From Microbotryum violaceum (taxonomy: Eukaryota), in the NCBI GenBank assembly GCA_001244265.2, contig CDLV01000009.1:248001-312000 (forward strand): 64,000 nucleotides of DNA. Direction: 5' to 3'. A program made the position numbers and the translations under genes. Within the stretch, counting starts at the first letter, position 1, and every line of letters starts with the position of its first letter. Under the pieces are notes generated by a model, which was not told where the DNA came from, made no database searches, and worked only from the letters and a program-made list of their open reading frames with translations. Shown here piece by piece: positions 13,498 to 26,865 of the stretch.

Positions 13498-14227
13498 GGT
13501 TCGAAATTGTATGGGGTGAGAGGGTGGGGAAGGCGGCGGGAGAGGGTGAGAGGCTGAAAAGAAAGGAGGTGGCCATTTGTGGGCGATTCAGCGCGGCGGG
13601 AATCCGCTGGAATCTCACACAAGTTTGTACTAGTTAATGGTGCCTGAGGAGGCAAAGCCAGTGCAATTTGCGGGTTTTCGCACCAAACCTGACTACACTA
13701 GTCTAGGGTTTTTTTCCGCTTGGATCTCGATAGAAACCCCATTCTGCCGGCTAACTTGAACCTCTCATGGCGACTTCAAGGCAGCTGAGATTTGAATGTA
13801 CGGCGTGGCACGTGCACTGCATGGGCGCGTTGGACGGCCGGATGGGGTCCCTTTCACTCCGAGCGCGCCGCAACACCCTGCATGCCCTGCAGCTCCCTGC
13901 AGCACCTTTCCCCAACATTGCCCAGCTCGAATCCAACCCCACACCGCCTCCTTTCCACCTCGCCTTGCCTCCTCCCGCAGGCTGTCACATTTGCGCCGGT
14001 CTCACTCGACCGAGGCGCGCCATCAACGATAGCTCAGTCACGAGCTCGGACATCTCGCCAGCTCTCACCCAGTCTCACCCGTTCGCCCTTGGCCACGTCG
14101 CTCCTCACGCCGTCGTCTGAGCCGCTCGTTCCGTCATCGCGTCATCGCCGACGTCCTTCCCCACCGTTGCTCGACGTGCATCGAACGACCGTGGTGGAAT
14201 CCAGATACGGGCATACCACCAGACACC

Positions 14228-17119
14228 ATGAGTAGGTTCCACATGAGCGTCTTGGCCCAACAACAGCAACGCCGATCTGACCCTGAATGCTCCATTGATC
14301 CCACTCCCCCACCGTTCCAGACGAAACACAGCAGCATCCGCCATCGGAGCACGACCTCGTTCGTCTCGCCACCGACCTGTCCGAAATGGCGAGCAGCAGT
14401 GGCATGTTGGGCCCGTTGCAGTTCAACCTCGACACCCTTCAAGATGACCAAGGCCAGCCTTTCCTCGTGCGTCTATTTCCTACCGATCTCTCGGAAGAGC
14501 TCTCGGAACGACTGCTCCAGATCTAGCGCAACCACGCTGACAGCTCGCGTACGACAGACTTCCAAATTCAACCAACAAGGCACTTCGCACAGGCAAGTCG
14601 AGCACCGCTTCATTCGAGCAAAGGACTCGCTCCGGAATCAAATGGAGGAGCCCCCCACAGGACCCCAATGCCACGCGACCAGGCCGGGTCAGGCGATGCG
14701 ACGAGACAGCAGAGAGCTTACCTTCGGCTCTGTCCTCCTGCGATCTGCAGATCCCCATGGACCAACCATTACATCCCTCCGATCCCGCGCAGCAGCGTCA
14801 GCGTGGCTCTTTCCGGTCGAACCAGGGCCCTCGAGGTGGCATTGAACCAAAGCGTCTCCGAGCTCCGAGATCAGTCAGTGCAACCAGCCGGAGACGAGCA
14901 TTAGCATGGGTTGGTAAAGCATACTCACTGACACGAAGGTCCACCACGATGTTGATGTAAAAGACTGTGGCCAGGTGGTATCTCGTCCGTCTATCTCCGC
15001 GAAGCCGAGGCCGCCGAATCCACCCATGGTGTCGCCCTCATTAAGAAAGGTCCGTTCGGGCCACCCTGGATTGGCTTGATCCGTTGCAACCCTAATGAGT
15101 TGATTTTCGTAGCAATTCTTTCGGCAGGTCGTGTTACGGCGTTCGATTCTAGTCAGTTAAACACCTTTACATGTCTCCGGTCCGTCAGGTCGAATGGCTG
15201 AAGCCGGCTCTTGACGTGCGCCACAGTTCACGAGTTCTCTATCTCGCATCTTCCCCACGCTCCCTCCGCATGTTATACGCTCAACTCGACCATCGAGGTC
15301 CACAAGGACAAAATCGGTGGATCGACGTCCAATTCGAGTCGATCCGAACTGCCCGTCGAAGGACCCTCGACTTCGTCGCAGCACTCGTCCCACGCCCGGA
15401 ACGTGACGCAATTGATTGAGCAGCAGGAGAAACAACTGCGCGAAACCTTGCAGGATATTCACCGATCCAGTGAGTCTGTTTCGATTCTTCGTGGTGCAAA
15501 ATGTCTGAGCTAACCGAGACTCGGTCTCTGATCCAGTCGCACCTCCCCAAGCTTCGACCACCGCCGATGACGATTACCAGAGGCATGCGTATCCGCCGGC
15601 TCCGAACGACGCGGAAGACGACTACGGCGGCTCGGAATCGCGGCATCTGCTCGACGAGTTTGGGATCGACGAAACCATGCCCCCGACGTCGGGTCGTGCT
15701 GCGGCGCAGAATGGACCCTTCACAAGGTGGCTGCGGCGCTTCCTGCAACTTCCGCTGAGGATTTTAGCGATCCCCATCGGGTTACTTGGTATCGCTTTTG
15801 GTGTCGTCGCTAGGCTCTTGCGTATCCGGCCTGGTCAAACGTCGTTGGGGCCTCGAAATCCGTTCGCGAGGGACGCTCGTAGTCTGCAGCGGATGGACCC
15901 TGTCGGATCGGCCGAACGTTTCGTGCGCTCGATCGAAGAGATGACGGGGGCGGTGCGGTGGTCCAGACGGCTGGGGGATGCCCAAGGATCGAGCTCGTCC
16001 GTCGTCGGCACGAGTTCGGGAGGTTCGTCGAGTCTCGAGCGACGACGGTCGGGTTCCAACTCGAGTGCGAGAAAGGCACTGCCAGATTTCTGGATCGGGT
16101 CGTACGAGTCGGCCCTGAAAAAAGCCAAAGATGACTTCCAGGTCTTGATGGTCGTCCTGACCTGCGATGAACACGAGGGTGACGAGTTATTTAAAAGACG
16201 GGTCCTCACCGATCCCGAATTGCTCAACGCGTTGGCGAGGGAAAAGATCCTCGTCTGGGGTGGGGACGTACGAGACGTCGATGCGTACCAAGCGTCCAAG
16301 GCGCTGCAGTTCTTCCGCTTGCCCTTTGTCGCTTTCGTCGCCTTGCAACCGCATTCGTCGAATCCGACCCTACCGGGCAGCGCGTCCATCTCATCCCCCA
16401 AGCTCTCAGTCGTGACCCGGCTGGAAGGATCCCCCAGTTCGACCCTCTCGGCCTCGAGTCTGCTCGCGCATCTTACGAACGTCGTCCTGCCCCGCGTCAA
16501 CCCCTTTCTGGCTCGTTTGAAGGCACAACATGCGACCCGGTTGGAGGAACGCCGTCTGCGCCAGGAGCAGGACCGCGCCTTTGCCATGTCGGCCCAGAAG
16601 GACGAGGAACGCGTGCTGCGCAAGCGCGCCGAGGAGAGTCAGCGACAACGCGACGTTGAGGAGCGCAAGCGCAAAGAGGAAGTGGCTTTACGAATCCGTG
16701 AGGGGTCGACAAAGTGGAGGGCGTGGAAGAGGGGTCAGTTGCAGGTCGAGGGCGAGCGAGAGGGGGTCAGGATCGGTGTACGATTGGGAGATGGGAGGAG
16801 AGTTGTGCGATCGTTCGCCAAGGATGCCAAAGTCGAAGACGTGTACGCGTACGCCGAATGCTCGTTCGAAACCGACGACGGAGAGCGTCGCGAGGCGCCT
16901 CCCGAGGATTACGAACACATTTACGAGTTCCAACTCGCCGCGCCGTTCCCGCGCTACGTGCTCGAGGTCGACGGGGACGCCGGCCAGAGGACCCTGGAGC
17001 AAATCCCTTGGTTGGAGAAGAACGTAAGTTTGATCGTCGAAGGGCTAGAGCAGAGGAGGATCTCACTGGGTAAAAGCGAGGCCAGTGATGACGAGGAGAT
17101 AGAAGAGGACGATGAATAG
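14228..17119 (+). CDS. UAS+UBX domain protein (Ubx2/FAF2-like), apparently with an N-terminal divergent F-actin capping protein beta-like domain (multi-exon)
   Basis: 3' exon: hydrophobic hairpin, LPDFWIGSYESALKKAKDD, LVWGGDVRD, RRLRQEQDRAF, VRLGDGRRVVRSF, APFPR. 5' exons: HRSPWTNHYIPP, GGISSVYL..GVALIKK, YTLNSTI, HARNVTQLIEQQEKQLRETLQDIH. In-frame intron 15470-15536 joins them. Confidence 0.8.
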
Positions 17120-17436
17120 TTCTACGCCATGACAATCGTGCAATGCCATCATCTTGCTCTTCCGTACACGGCTCTCACTTGAGGATCACAACAGCTCCTC
17201 TTACACTATTGTGGTATAACATCATAACCGGAATGCCTAAGCAAGAGGTATGAGAACTCCTCCTCAAAAACAGGAATTGACTCCTTACTGATATCAAACA
17301 CATAAGTCCCCCAAGGTCCAAAGGCATAAGAAAGATAGACAAGAACGAGAGCGAATAGAAGAACGAGGGAACGACGATTCGGAAGAAGAATTCCCGGTGC
17401 GATGCGATGGGTGCAATTTTTTGGGCCGAGCCTCCT

Positions 17437-19815
17437 TTACGAGATGTAGTTCCATACCATGCTGATGACGCCATCGGACAAGGAATTGCCCAGCGCCTTG
17501 AAGGCCGCCACGGACAGGTCAAGGTCTTGCGCGTCGAGGCAGGTCGGGCAGCTGTCGGCCACGACAGCGTCGACGCACTTGGAGGTGTCCGTGGCGCAGA
17601 TGCGCACCTCTCGACCGCAGTTCTGGCCCGCGCTGTACATCTGCGTCGTCAAGGCGACGAGAGGCGTAGAGTCCAAGTTGACCTGGCCGCAGTTGCCGGC
17701 GACGCCCTTTTGCTCAAAGTAGGTCGCCGTGCCGTTGTAGGCTGCGGTGAAGTTGCCCTTGGTCGTGGACGGCGCCGCCGCAACGTCGCCGGCGCTGTCA
17801 GTGGTGGTCGTTGAGCTCGAGCTCGTCGAGGCGGACGACGAAGAGGCGGTGCCAGCGGTTTTCCCGTTGTTGAAGATATAATCCGTGGAGCGGTTTCCGG
17901 TAAAGTGCCACTTGACGTCCATGATGACGTCGTTCTTCGAGGCCGGCCTGGCGCCCATCAGCTCGGGGAAAGCACCAATGACGACGTCGACCGAGCTAGG
18001 GGTCTTGACCCACTTGTCGTCGAACGCGTCGATCACGTAGAGGGTCATGTTGCGACCGTCTGGGGTATAGAAGATGGCCTCAAGTCCGCAGTCTGTGCGA
18101 GTGGGGTGGGGGTGCACGAAAGGGTATCAGTTGCCATCCAGCAAGGAGAGGGTGGGGAAAGAACTCGACTGCGCGAACTCACAAGCTTCTCCGGCCTTGA
18201 TGGGATCGCCGCCATAGTTGGAAACCATGGTCTTGTAAGACGGTGCGAAACCGGGCATCGAGTCGTTGTACGGATTGTAGCACCAAGAGTGACCGTTGGT
18301 CGAGTCGGCAGAGTTGTTGGTGCGGAACCAAGAAGCGATCGCGCCCGTGTTGTTGCTCAGATTTTGCGCTCCAAAGCCGGTGATGTTGTTCTGGGCGATA
18401 TTGGCGGCGATGATGCTCGTGTTGGCGGGGAGCAAGAGCGGGATCGTGTAGTTGAGCGGTTGCGACGAGCCGACGTTGGTGGCGACGTTGCCTCCGGAGG
18501 AGTAGACGTACGAGTCGTTCGACGAACTCGAACCCGAGCCCGTGTTGACGCTGACGGTAACGGTCACGGTCTTGACGGCCGCTGCCGAAGCCACTGTTGG
18601 GGTGGCCAAGACGGTGATCGTAACGGGCTCTGCTGTAACGGTGACAATTGAAGTCACAACTTGGGCCGCGATCGAGGCAGCAGCACGACTTGCCGCCGCT
18701 GTAGTGGCGGCAGCAGTGCGACTTGCCGCTGCGGTAGTAGCCGCGGCAGCCGATCCTGAGGCGGCGCTCGCCGAGGCTGAGGCTGAGGCTGCTCGAGAGT
18801 GAGTCGTGGCCGCCGCCGCCGCCGTCGTTGCAGCGGCCACAGCGGCCGCAGCACTCGTCGTGGCCGCTGCGGCAGTGGTGGCAGCATCGGTCTGAACCGA
18901 AACCTCTGCGGCTGTCTTGGCTACAGCTGCGGTCGAGGACGACGAATGGACTACCACAGCGAGAATTCGTGCCGATGCGAGGCTGTTGCCATCGATGACG
19001 CACGAAGGCTCTGGCCAAAAGTTGAACGCGTACCCTTCGTTGCAGCCTGCCAAGATTAAGATTATTTAAGAGGAGTCAGTCAAGATGTACATCGTCTTGA
19101 CAAGATTCGAGAATGGGGTCTCGAGCCAATTTCGCCCAGGGCAATGGGTCGCACTTAATAAATGCAACCGCATGGACACGCGGCTTGCGGCCTCGCGGCG
19201 CTCGACCCCCGACGAGTTGGGACGAGGCAAGCGGGGCGCCGCATTGATCGGCGCGCGCTCCCGCTCGCGCACTCCGACCGGGCATCCGACCGGCGACAAT
19301 GATGCAGACGCGCACTGGACTTACGATACGAGCAAATCGAGCCGGGGCACACCGCAAAGGCGTTGGCCGGAATAGTCAATTCGTCGCAATCACTGTCGGC
19401 GTCGCACGTGATTGCACGCTTGCGCAGATCGCGCAGGACTGGACAATTCGAGAGTCGGGAGTCGAGTCGAGTCGAGAGCGACCGCGCGCGCGCGGGGTAA
19501 CGCAAGGGTTTAGCGCAATTGGATTGGTTCCGGAAATGGGCAGAGAACGTGAGGCCCAGAGCGCCAAAACAAAGGAGAGAGTCGAACCAGTCAGCTCCTC
19601 GTGCTCGAACACGGAGACCACGAAACAAATGGCAAGCAGGACGATGGTCCATTGAATGCCTATCGAGGTCATGGTAATTGTCAAGACTAACCTGGATAGC
19701 CATCATTCGTATCACGCTGGAAGAGCGAGTTCTTGATCGCCGGCAATGCGACGGCCTCCGCGACCAGGGGCGCCAGCGCCAGCAAAGCCGAGATGAAAGG
19801 AGCGGCGACGACCAT
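17437..19815 (-). CDS. Secreted expansin-like/RlpA (DPBB) protein with Cys-rich N-terminus, Ala/Ser/Thr linker and probably two DPBB-type domains
   Basis: Signal peptide MVVAAPFISALLALAPLVAEAVA; C-terminal GTATYFEQKGVAGNCG, NCGREVRI, VADSCPTC, LDLSVAAF; a second diverged domain (WFRTNNSADSTNGHSWC...YVIDAFDD). Confidence 0.8.
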
Positions 19816-21468
19816 TGTGTTGGATCGAGATCTTTATCTTCTTCGTGGAACGAAGAGGGGAGGGAACGAGGCAAAGAGCGTTTCGATGAAGAGGATCCAC
19901 AACGTGTCGTGGTCAAAAAGAAAGAAGGAAAGACTTGCCCGATCAATTGCTGGTCCGGGCACACGGCGACAACTCGCGAGGCAAATCGCCGGGGTCTCGC
20001 TTGAGACCTTTTTGCAGCCAACGCGTGCCTCCGGCCGAAACGTTAAAATCGCGATTGACCACCATCAATAATTGCCTGATTGGCGACGTATCCTGATTCT
20101 CGCCACCAGGTAGTTATTTGTTCTACTACACGAGTCGCTCCAACATTTCAAGATCATTTCTTTTTCTTCCTCCTGTGGAAATTCCTCCCACAGAAAGCCG
20201 AGGCGGGTACCCCCGCGAATGCCCGTCTGGGGGATTGCCAGGAATATGTTTCACACGTTGAACCGAGAAATCACGTTCGTAGAATTCTAATCCTCGACTT
20301 GTTGGACTTCCCGAATCACTTGAGATCCCTCTAGCGTCTCTAAACTCCAAGGCCGCAGCAAAGAGCTAACCCTCCCCGGCCATGCGCAGGCCGCCGCAGC
20401 AAGAGTGCAATCCGGATTCCGGACTCCGGAAACCTCACCGTCAGCGGGTCCAAGTTGTTCCCCACATTTCCTGGATCCGCCCCACATGAACCCTGGGGTA
20501 TTTACGCATCAGGTAAGATTCGCCTAAACAGTTAAAGGACCCGTCCGACTTCTCACCTCCAACTTCTCTCCTTTTCTCCTCTTCCTCGAAGTAAGTATTA
20601 CATACCCCCACCCCCCCGGTGAGCGGGATCAATAAACCCAGTAGATTTAGTGCAGCTTCCGTGACGCGCCTGCGCTGCTGGGCCGCGCATCCAAACGCGT
20701 CAAAAAAGGCGCCTCTTTGAGTTACCACCTAGAAGATCGATCTTTGCCGGGCTTGGGCGGCGCACCACACAAACCTCGGCCACCGACGAGTCACCGGTCA
20801 CCGACGACTAGTGAATCGTGACTTACGTGCCTGCCTACGCTGGCAGGTCTAACAAAGGACAATCTTGCACCTACCTCCCCGAGGTGCTGGGGAATGTCGC
20901 TTTTCAATACTGCTCGGCAAAGCATTCATCAAACTGGAACAGCAGGATTGAATGACGGACAATATCTCCCGCAAAGAGGTGAGACACGTTTCTTCGATCG
21001 CTAAATTAGTTATCGACGCGCGGATTAGACCCCGGAGATTATTGTCCATCAAGTTGAGCTGGGGTCCCCCTGGGAGGCCGAATAAGCATTTGCAACGAAA
21101 CAAGCTTCGAAAGCAAGTGTTACGGAGTAGCCCCAAGATGTGTACCTACCAAGAAAGACTAAGCGTCACACGAAGTGAACCGCCTGGGACGTCAAGCTGG
21201 CCGCGATCGGATGCTCTCGGAGCTACCGGCCCCGGAGCCCGGAGCCCCGCCGGATTTGCGCAGTTGCAGACTTCGGTCGCGGCGCAGACCACTGCTGAGT
21301 CAGAATTCGAATGCACGCTTCAAAAGATAAGCCACACAGAGAAACAATTACAGGTGTAAGGCAAGAGAATACTTTATTACCGCTAAACAAATCACACCTC
21401 GGACTTCCGATAAGACAACTTCTTGGCATTCCTGCGCGTGATTGACAACTACGTCGCATTTCTCCCAG

Positions 21469-24098
21469 TCATCCGGCCGTCGTGATAGCGACTACTCCTC
21501 CCCTTCCGTCGACTGGTTTGAACGTCCTCAACTTTTGCACTTCGAGCAACAAGGTCGTCTCGTCCTCCTTCTCGATCTCTTCGTCGCCTTCGATCGCCAA
21601 TTGCAGTTCGTCCAGCAAGCGATTCCACACCTCGCCCCTGAGCGTACCGAAAAAGTTGAGCAACTTGTTGACTTTGCGCACCGAGCCCATCGTCGCGCTC
21701 GGGGTGCGATGAAAGGGGTCCTTTTGAGGGTATGCGATCGAACCTGTGGGCGAAGCCAGGGGTGAGGCGGTTCCGGGTGCTCGAATCGTGCTGCGAGTTT
21801 CGTCGTCGAACGCTGACTCTTCGCTGGGAGAAACTCGGTCCGAATCGAGGCTGGGCGCTTTGACGTGTTGATGAGGTAAGGGCCTCGCTTCTTGTGGAAT
21901 AGCGGGTGGGTCCCCTTCGATGCTGATCACCCCGTCTTCGCCTTCATCGTCCTCGTGCAACGCCACGGCGATCTGGTCCAGTGCTTCGGGGTCTTGCTCC
22001 ATCAGGAAGCGCAGACTGGCTATCGAGGTGCGGTACGAGTCGACCGAGCTAACCGAAGTAGATAGACTGATTTTGGAAGCCCTCGAGTGGGATGAGGTCC
22101 GGTCATCGATGCGTGGGGGAGGCTTGATGTTCGCGGTTTGGAACAGGTTCTTTGGCGGGAGCGCTCCGAATCGCTGCGACAGATAGGGGGCGCATCGGCA
22201 TACACCGGGTTAGCATCTCATTCGTCAGGGATCCCAAGCTGTCCGTCAGCACTGAAGCTCACATCTTCAAGCTTTCTCGCAGTCGCGAGATACTTCAATT
22301 CTGCGGCCTGAGTCGATGTGCTAGTAGACGTTGTCGGGCCCACTCCCGCTGAAGCCTCCGGGGTTAGCACCGCGAGCACGTGGCGGTCCGGTTCGACATC
22401 GACGATAAACTCGTCCCTCCGAGCCTGTTCGAGCCCTGCTTCGTCGTGCTGTCGAGCGTAGATGTGCCAAGGCGCTTGCACGTGGCCCTTGGCGCGCTCC
22501 CAGATGCTCTTGGCCCCCGTCCCATTCCTCTTCGACCCCGGCGCCTCGATCGAGTCCAAACTCGAGACCGAACCTGGTTTGCAGAGCGCCAGCTCGATAG
22601 GTACCTTTTCCCCCAGCAGGCGATGTAGCTTGGCCAGCTTTTTCCGACGTTGTTCGCGATTCTTGAAGGCCATGGTCGTTGCGTCCGCCGCCCTCGTCGG
22701 TGTCGTCGGGCTGAGTGGGGTCAGGACCCCCCCGGGGCTAGTCGGGCTTGCGACGCAGAGTAATTGGTTCGGAGCAGGTGATAATGTGGGCGACGAAGGA
22801 TTCGGGCTCGAATTCGCTCGCCTCATGTCTTGGCCGCCGACGTGAAGGCTCCACAGTTGCGTCGAGGGCCCGCCGTTCTTTTCCGCTTGATGAACGTTCG
22901 TCGGCACCAGAGGGTGGCTGTACGATCTCTTTCTTTGGATCGACGGTCGACCGTCTGGATTAACCCCCTCGAGCGATGATGCACCATTTCGAGTCCCGGC
23001 CTGAACGATCTTTTTGGCCTGGGATTCCTTGACGGGCTTGCCGAGGAGGTGCTCGAGTTTCTTGGCTTGGCGGATGAAGTGGCGACGCTCGTCGGGGCTG
23101 AGCGTGCAGCTCGTTCGAGAGGCAACGACCGCGGAGGGAGAGGAGGGGTCGCTTCCCGCCTTGTGCGATGCAGAGGCTTTGATCAAGGAAGAGAAGGGTG
23201 GTACCGCAGGCGAGGGAAGATTGTCCTGCGCAGTATCCTCGATAAAGACAGGGAGCGGACGAGGTTTGGGGGAGAACGACCGCTTGGGCTGAGACGGGGA
23301 CGAAGCGGCCGCGACGGGCGAGGAAGGCGCAGCAAGCAAAGGGGCATTCGACAGCACGGAGTCGGTATCACTCGGTCTCGAATTGTGTCGCACGTGTCCA
23401 AAGGGAGAGGACTGGACCGAGTCGGACGTCATCATCGACGGCGAGCGCGTGTAGCTTTCAGCACCGTACGACCCAACCGACATGGGGCGCGGCTTCTTCC
23501 CTGTCGCTGTCGATCTGGGCGGGGTGATCGTCGTCGAAGACCCGGGAGGCAAGTAGTGGGCCAACGAAAATTTCTCCTGGCTGACCTTTCGAGAAGTTTG
23601 ATCCGCCGGTGGAGAGTAGCTCGTTGCACAAGACACGGGTTTCGAACGAGCAATTCCCCCAGGTGTCGAACCGGAGAAGTAGCGGCGAATAGCTTGATCG
23701 TCCTGCTCCGATATCGCATACCTCGCCCCGCCATCGGACACTCCAAAGCATTCGGGGCTGACGAGTTGTGCCAGAGAGGAAGACAGGAGGCGACACAAGA
23801 CGTCGGAGGTCGGATTTGCGAGAGAAAGCGACGAGCGGCGCCGGGCCGCAACGAGCGCGGATATGTCGCTCACCCAGTCCGTCGTCGATGGAATTGTAGC
23901 TGTGAGCGCATTAGATGGACAGGTGAAGCCAAAGTGGGTGATGATGTAGGCCTCGAGCTCGTCGATGCTGTTTTGCCAGAGACGCTGCGCACGCACGTTG
24001 TAGCCGGTTTCGGACATGGCCGAGACAAGTGAAGGTGCGACATGGCGAGGAACGTATAGGGGTGAAGCCCATGCGTCATTTTCTTGGACGCGGCGCAT
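21469..24098 (-). CDS. Hypothetical Ser/Pro-rich protein (multi-exon; may extend 5' to about 24800)
   Basis: 626-codon ORF plus downstream ORF linked by a GTGAGC donor near 22262; repeated KKLEHLLG / KLHRLLGE / KLLNFFG motifs. Confidence 0.6.
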
Positions 24099-25372
24099 GT
24101 ACTAGAGGTGCACATTAATTGAAACGCCGGGGGTTAATGCGCTAGCCGGAAAAAGTGGACTGCGCTAGAGGTTTGGTTCCCCTTGTACTTTGTGACCGGT
24201 TCGAGTGGTCGCAAGGGGCTCGTGCGCAGGCGCCGCGTGGAGCGAGGCAGCAGGCGCACTCGACTACGAGTACAAGTGCTCGACAGGGAAGTCCATACCG
24301 ACAGAAACAGGTACATTGACTCACAACTTCATTCATGTAACTGGTCCGCTGCGCCCAACCGGGACGAGGTGCACGATCGGTGTCGTGCCCGTCCGGTTGA
24401 ATGGCTCGGGCATCGGCACGGCTGTGAGCGCCAACGGCCGCTGTTGGCGCGGTCGATCTCGGCAGCGGCACTGTCCGAGCCTCGGCGGTCGGTGGCGGCC
24501 CCTGAGAGGTGTCTTGCGTTGATGGGACGATGTTAGCAGCTTCACCATTGGTGCCGTCGTCTGGAGTACCGTCCCGAACCGGTATAGCAAGCTTGTGAGA
24601 GGTTGTGGCCTCGGTGCTCTGCGTGCTCTGCGAACAAGGGGCCAGTGCTTGGACGAGTCGACACTCCAAAAGCAGTAATACGACTGCGAGCGGATGCGCC
24701 TCGTCCTGGGCCGCAGCATCGGATCGAGGCACGCGCAAGAGACGTCGAACGAGCTCGACCAAGTCGTTGGAACCCATCGAGGCGCTGCGAGACGGTAGCA
24801 TCGTCGTCGTGGAGGAGCTGCTGTCTCGGAGTGGCAGGTGGATGTCGTGGGCCCGCGCGCGGGCGGAGGCAGTGGGGCTGCGGCTGCGTGTGGGGGAAAG
24901 CTGAGAGTCCAACTCATGATCACACTGCGTCGTAGTTCGACAGCTGCCAGTGTCGTCGGCGGCAAAGGCTCGTCGAGTAGTATGGCCAATGGTCGCACCG
25001 ATCGGTAGCATACTTAAGAGCTTGCTTGAGCAATCTTGGAGCATAAGCAAAAAGGCCGAATCCTCGAGTGCATGCGTACCACAACTAATCTTGTACTTCC
25101 GACCTGCGACAGCCCCGCGCGACTCGGAGTCGTTAGCACGTGCTGCTGTGTTAAGGAGCGCCTCATCAAAGGGCCCGCGCTCCACTTGGCGAATTGCGCA
25201 TTACTCCGCCCGGCGGAATCGAAGTTGCGAGTTTCCGCTCCAAGCCCCAGGTCAATTCAGCCGATCGGCTTCCCCTTGCTCAGCGCCGCATGTCTTGAGC
25301 TCGTGTTTATTTTTCTGTCGCCTTATTCTCCTCTTGTACCTCACACCCCACGTTTACCAGCGATCCAACGCC

Positions 25373-26471
25373 ATGGAGGAAGATTACGAGTCGGTGCTCT
25401 TTGTCGCACGAGACGCGCACGTGTACCGCGTGAGTGGGCTATTCCGTCGCCGCGACGATGAACGGACGGCCAGGAACAGGGCCTCACCTGCACACCGCAC
25501 ACCAAGCACATGCCTCCTAATCAACCCCAATCAACGATCCTAGATCCCACCACGAACTTCGACGGAAGGCTATCGCGCTGCCAATTGGTGAGCATCTTCA
25601 ATCGTCCGGGATCTGCCGTCCTGCCCCCCACCTCAAAGACTCACACGTACATCTTGACTCGCTTCGACCATCACAATCAGGGGTGACATGTGAGCTAGAT
25701 ATCTTACACCTTCATCCTATGGAGACGGCGACCCAGGGTCCACCGACTGACCCATGGCCCTCTGGTCCGAACGCACAGGGGTGCCCCACTCTGGCGAGGT
25801 CGACTGCGAGTCGTCGAGAAAGGCTCAGGTACACCTACGACGTGTGCGGTTCGGTTGGAGGATGCAGATTCAGGTCAGGTCTAGAAACAGTCTCTTCATG
25901 TCATTGCTCCATCATATGCACTGACGTCTAGCTGTTGCGATCGATCGCGCCTCATCTCAGGTGAACTGTTCGCCGTCTGTCCGTACAAACCGACCAAGAC
26001 GAACACGAACGGTGGGGTCGAGGCCGTGCTCGATTCGAGTCGGTACTTTGTCCTGACCATCGTCGATCAAGTGAGTCAATGCCTCCCTGGCCCCGATGAA
26101 TGATATGATCGACGTCGACAAGACTGATTACCATCTTGTCTCAGGATTCGGGTACGCGCGCTTTCCTCGGAATGGGTTTCCCCGAACGGTCCGAATCGTT
26201 CGACTTTAACGTCGCGCTTCAAGACTGGTCCAAGCGACAAACACCTCCCCAACTTGCCTCCCCAACGACCTCATCAGACACCTCTACCTCTAGCAAAGCG
26301 CCTAAAGCCCCGAGCAAGGATTTCAGTCTCAAGGAAGGGGAGGTGTTGAGCATCAAGTTTGGGGGGCTCAGTACGAAGAAGAAGGCGACGGCGAATGAGA
26401 ATGGGTTGGGCCTCGGTGGGGGAGGGGGCTTCTTGTTGCCACCTCCTCCGCCACCACCGAGTAGGCGGTAG
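25373..26471 (+). CDS. Adaptin ear-binding coat-associated protein (NECAP/PHear, DUF1681), multi-exon
   Basis: YESVLFV, VYRIPPRTSTEGYRAANW, GELFAVCP, VEAVLDSSRYFVL, AFLGMGFPERSESFDFNVALQD, DFSLKEGE. Confidence 0.93.
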
Positions 26472-26865
26472 TGGATCGGGAAGTGGGGAGTCGTTGGTCC
26501 TTTGTATACGAGGGTGGAGGAACCTAGTCAGGTCTTTGCAATCCTGCAGAAAGGGTGAGGAGAAAGCAAGGCCAAGCTGGAACATTAGATATGCATGACT
26601 TGGGGGGATTAGATATAATTGCAGAAGAGAGAACATTTAGAACGAACGAGGCGGGAACAGAGTAGGAGTACGCAGCAACAGATTCAGACAAACGAAAAAC
26701 GAGAGGGGTGGGTGGGGGTGGGGGTGCATCGAGGAAACCCTGGTATGTACAACACTAAACGCAGAGGATACCTCGGAAGGTGTGATGGGATCGGGAACGG
26801 GAGGAGGTTCTCGCAACTGGCGATTGCAGAGGGCTGGCATTGTCGATCCTTGAAACGTAGAGCGT

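Noticed and set aside
20000..21400. Intergenic stretch with short ORFs and lower GC
   Set aside because: No recognisable domain, repeat boundary or RNA structure that I can support
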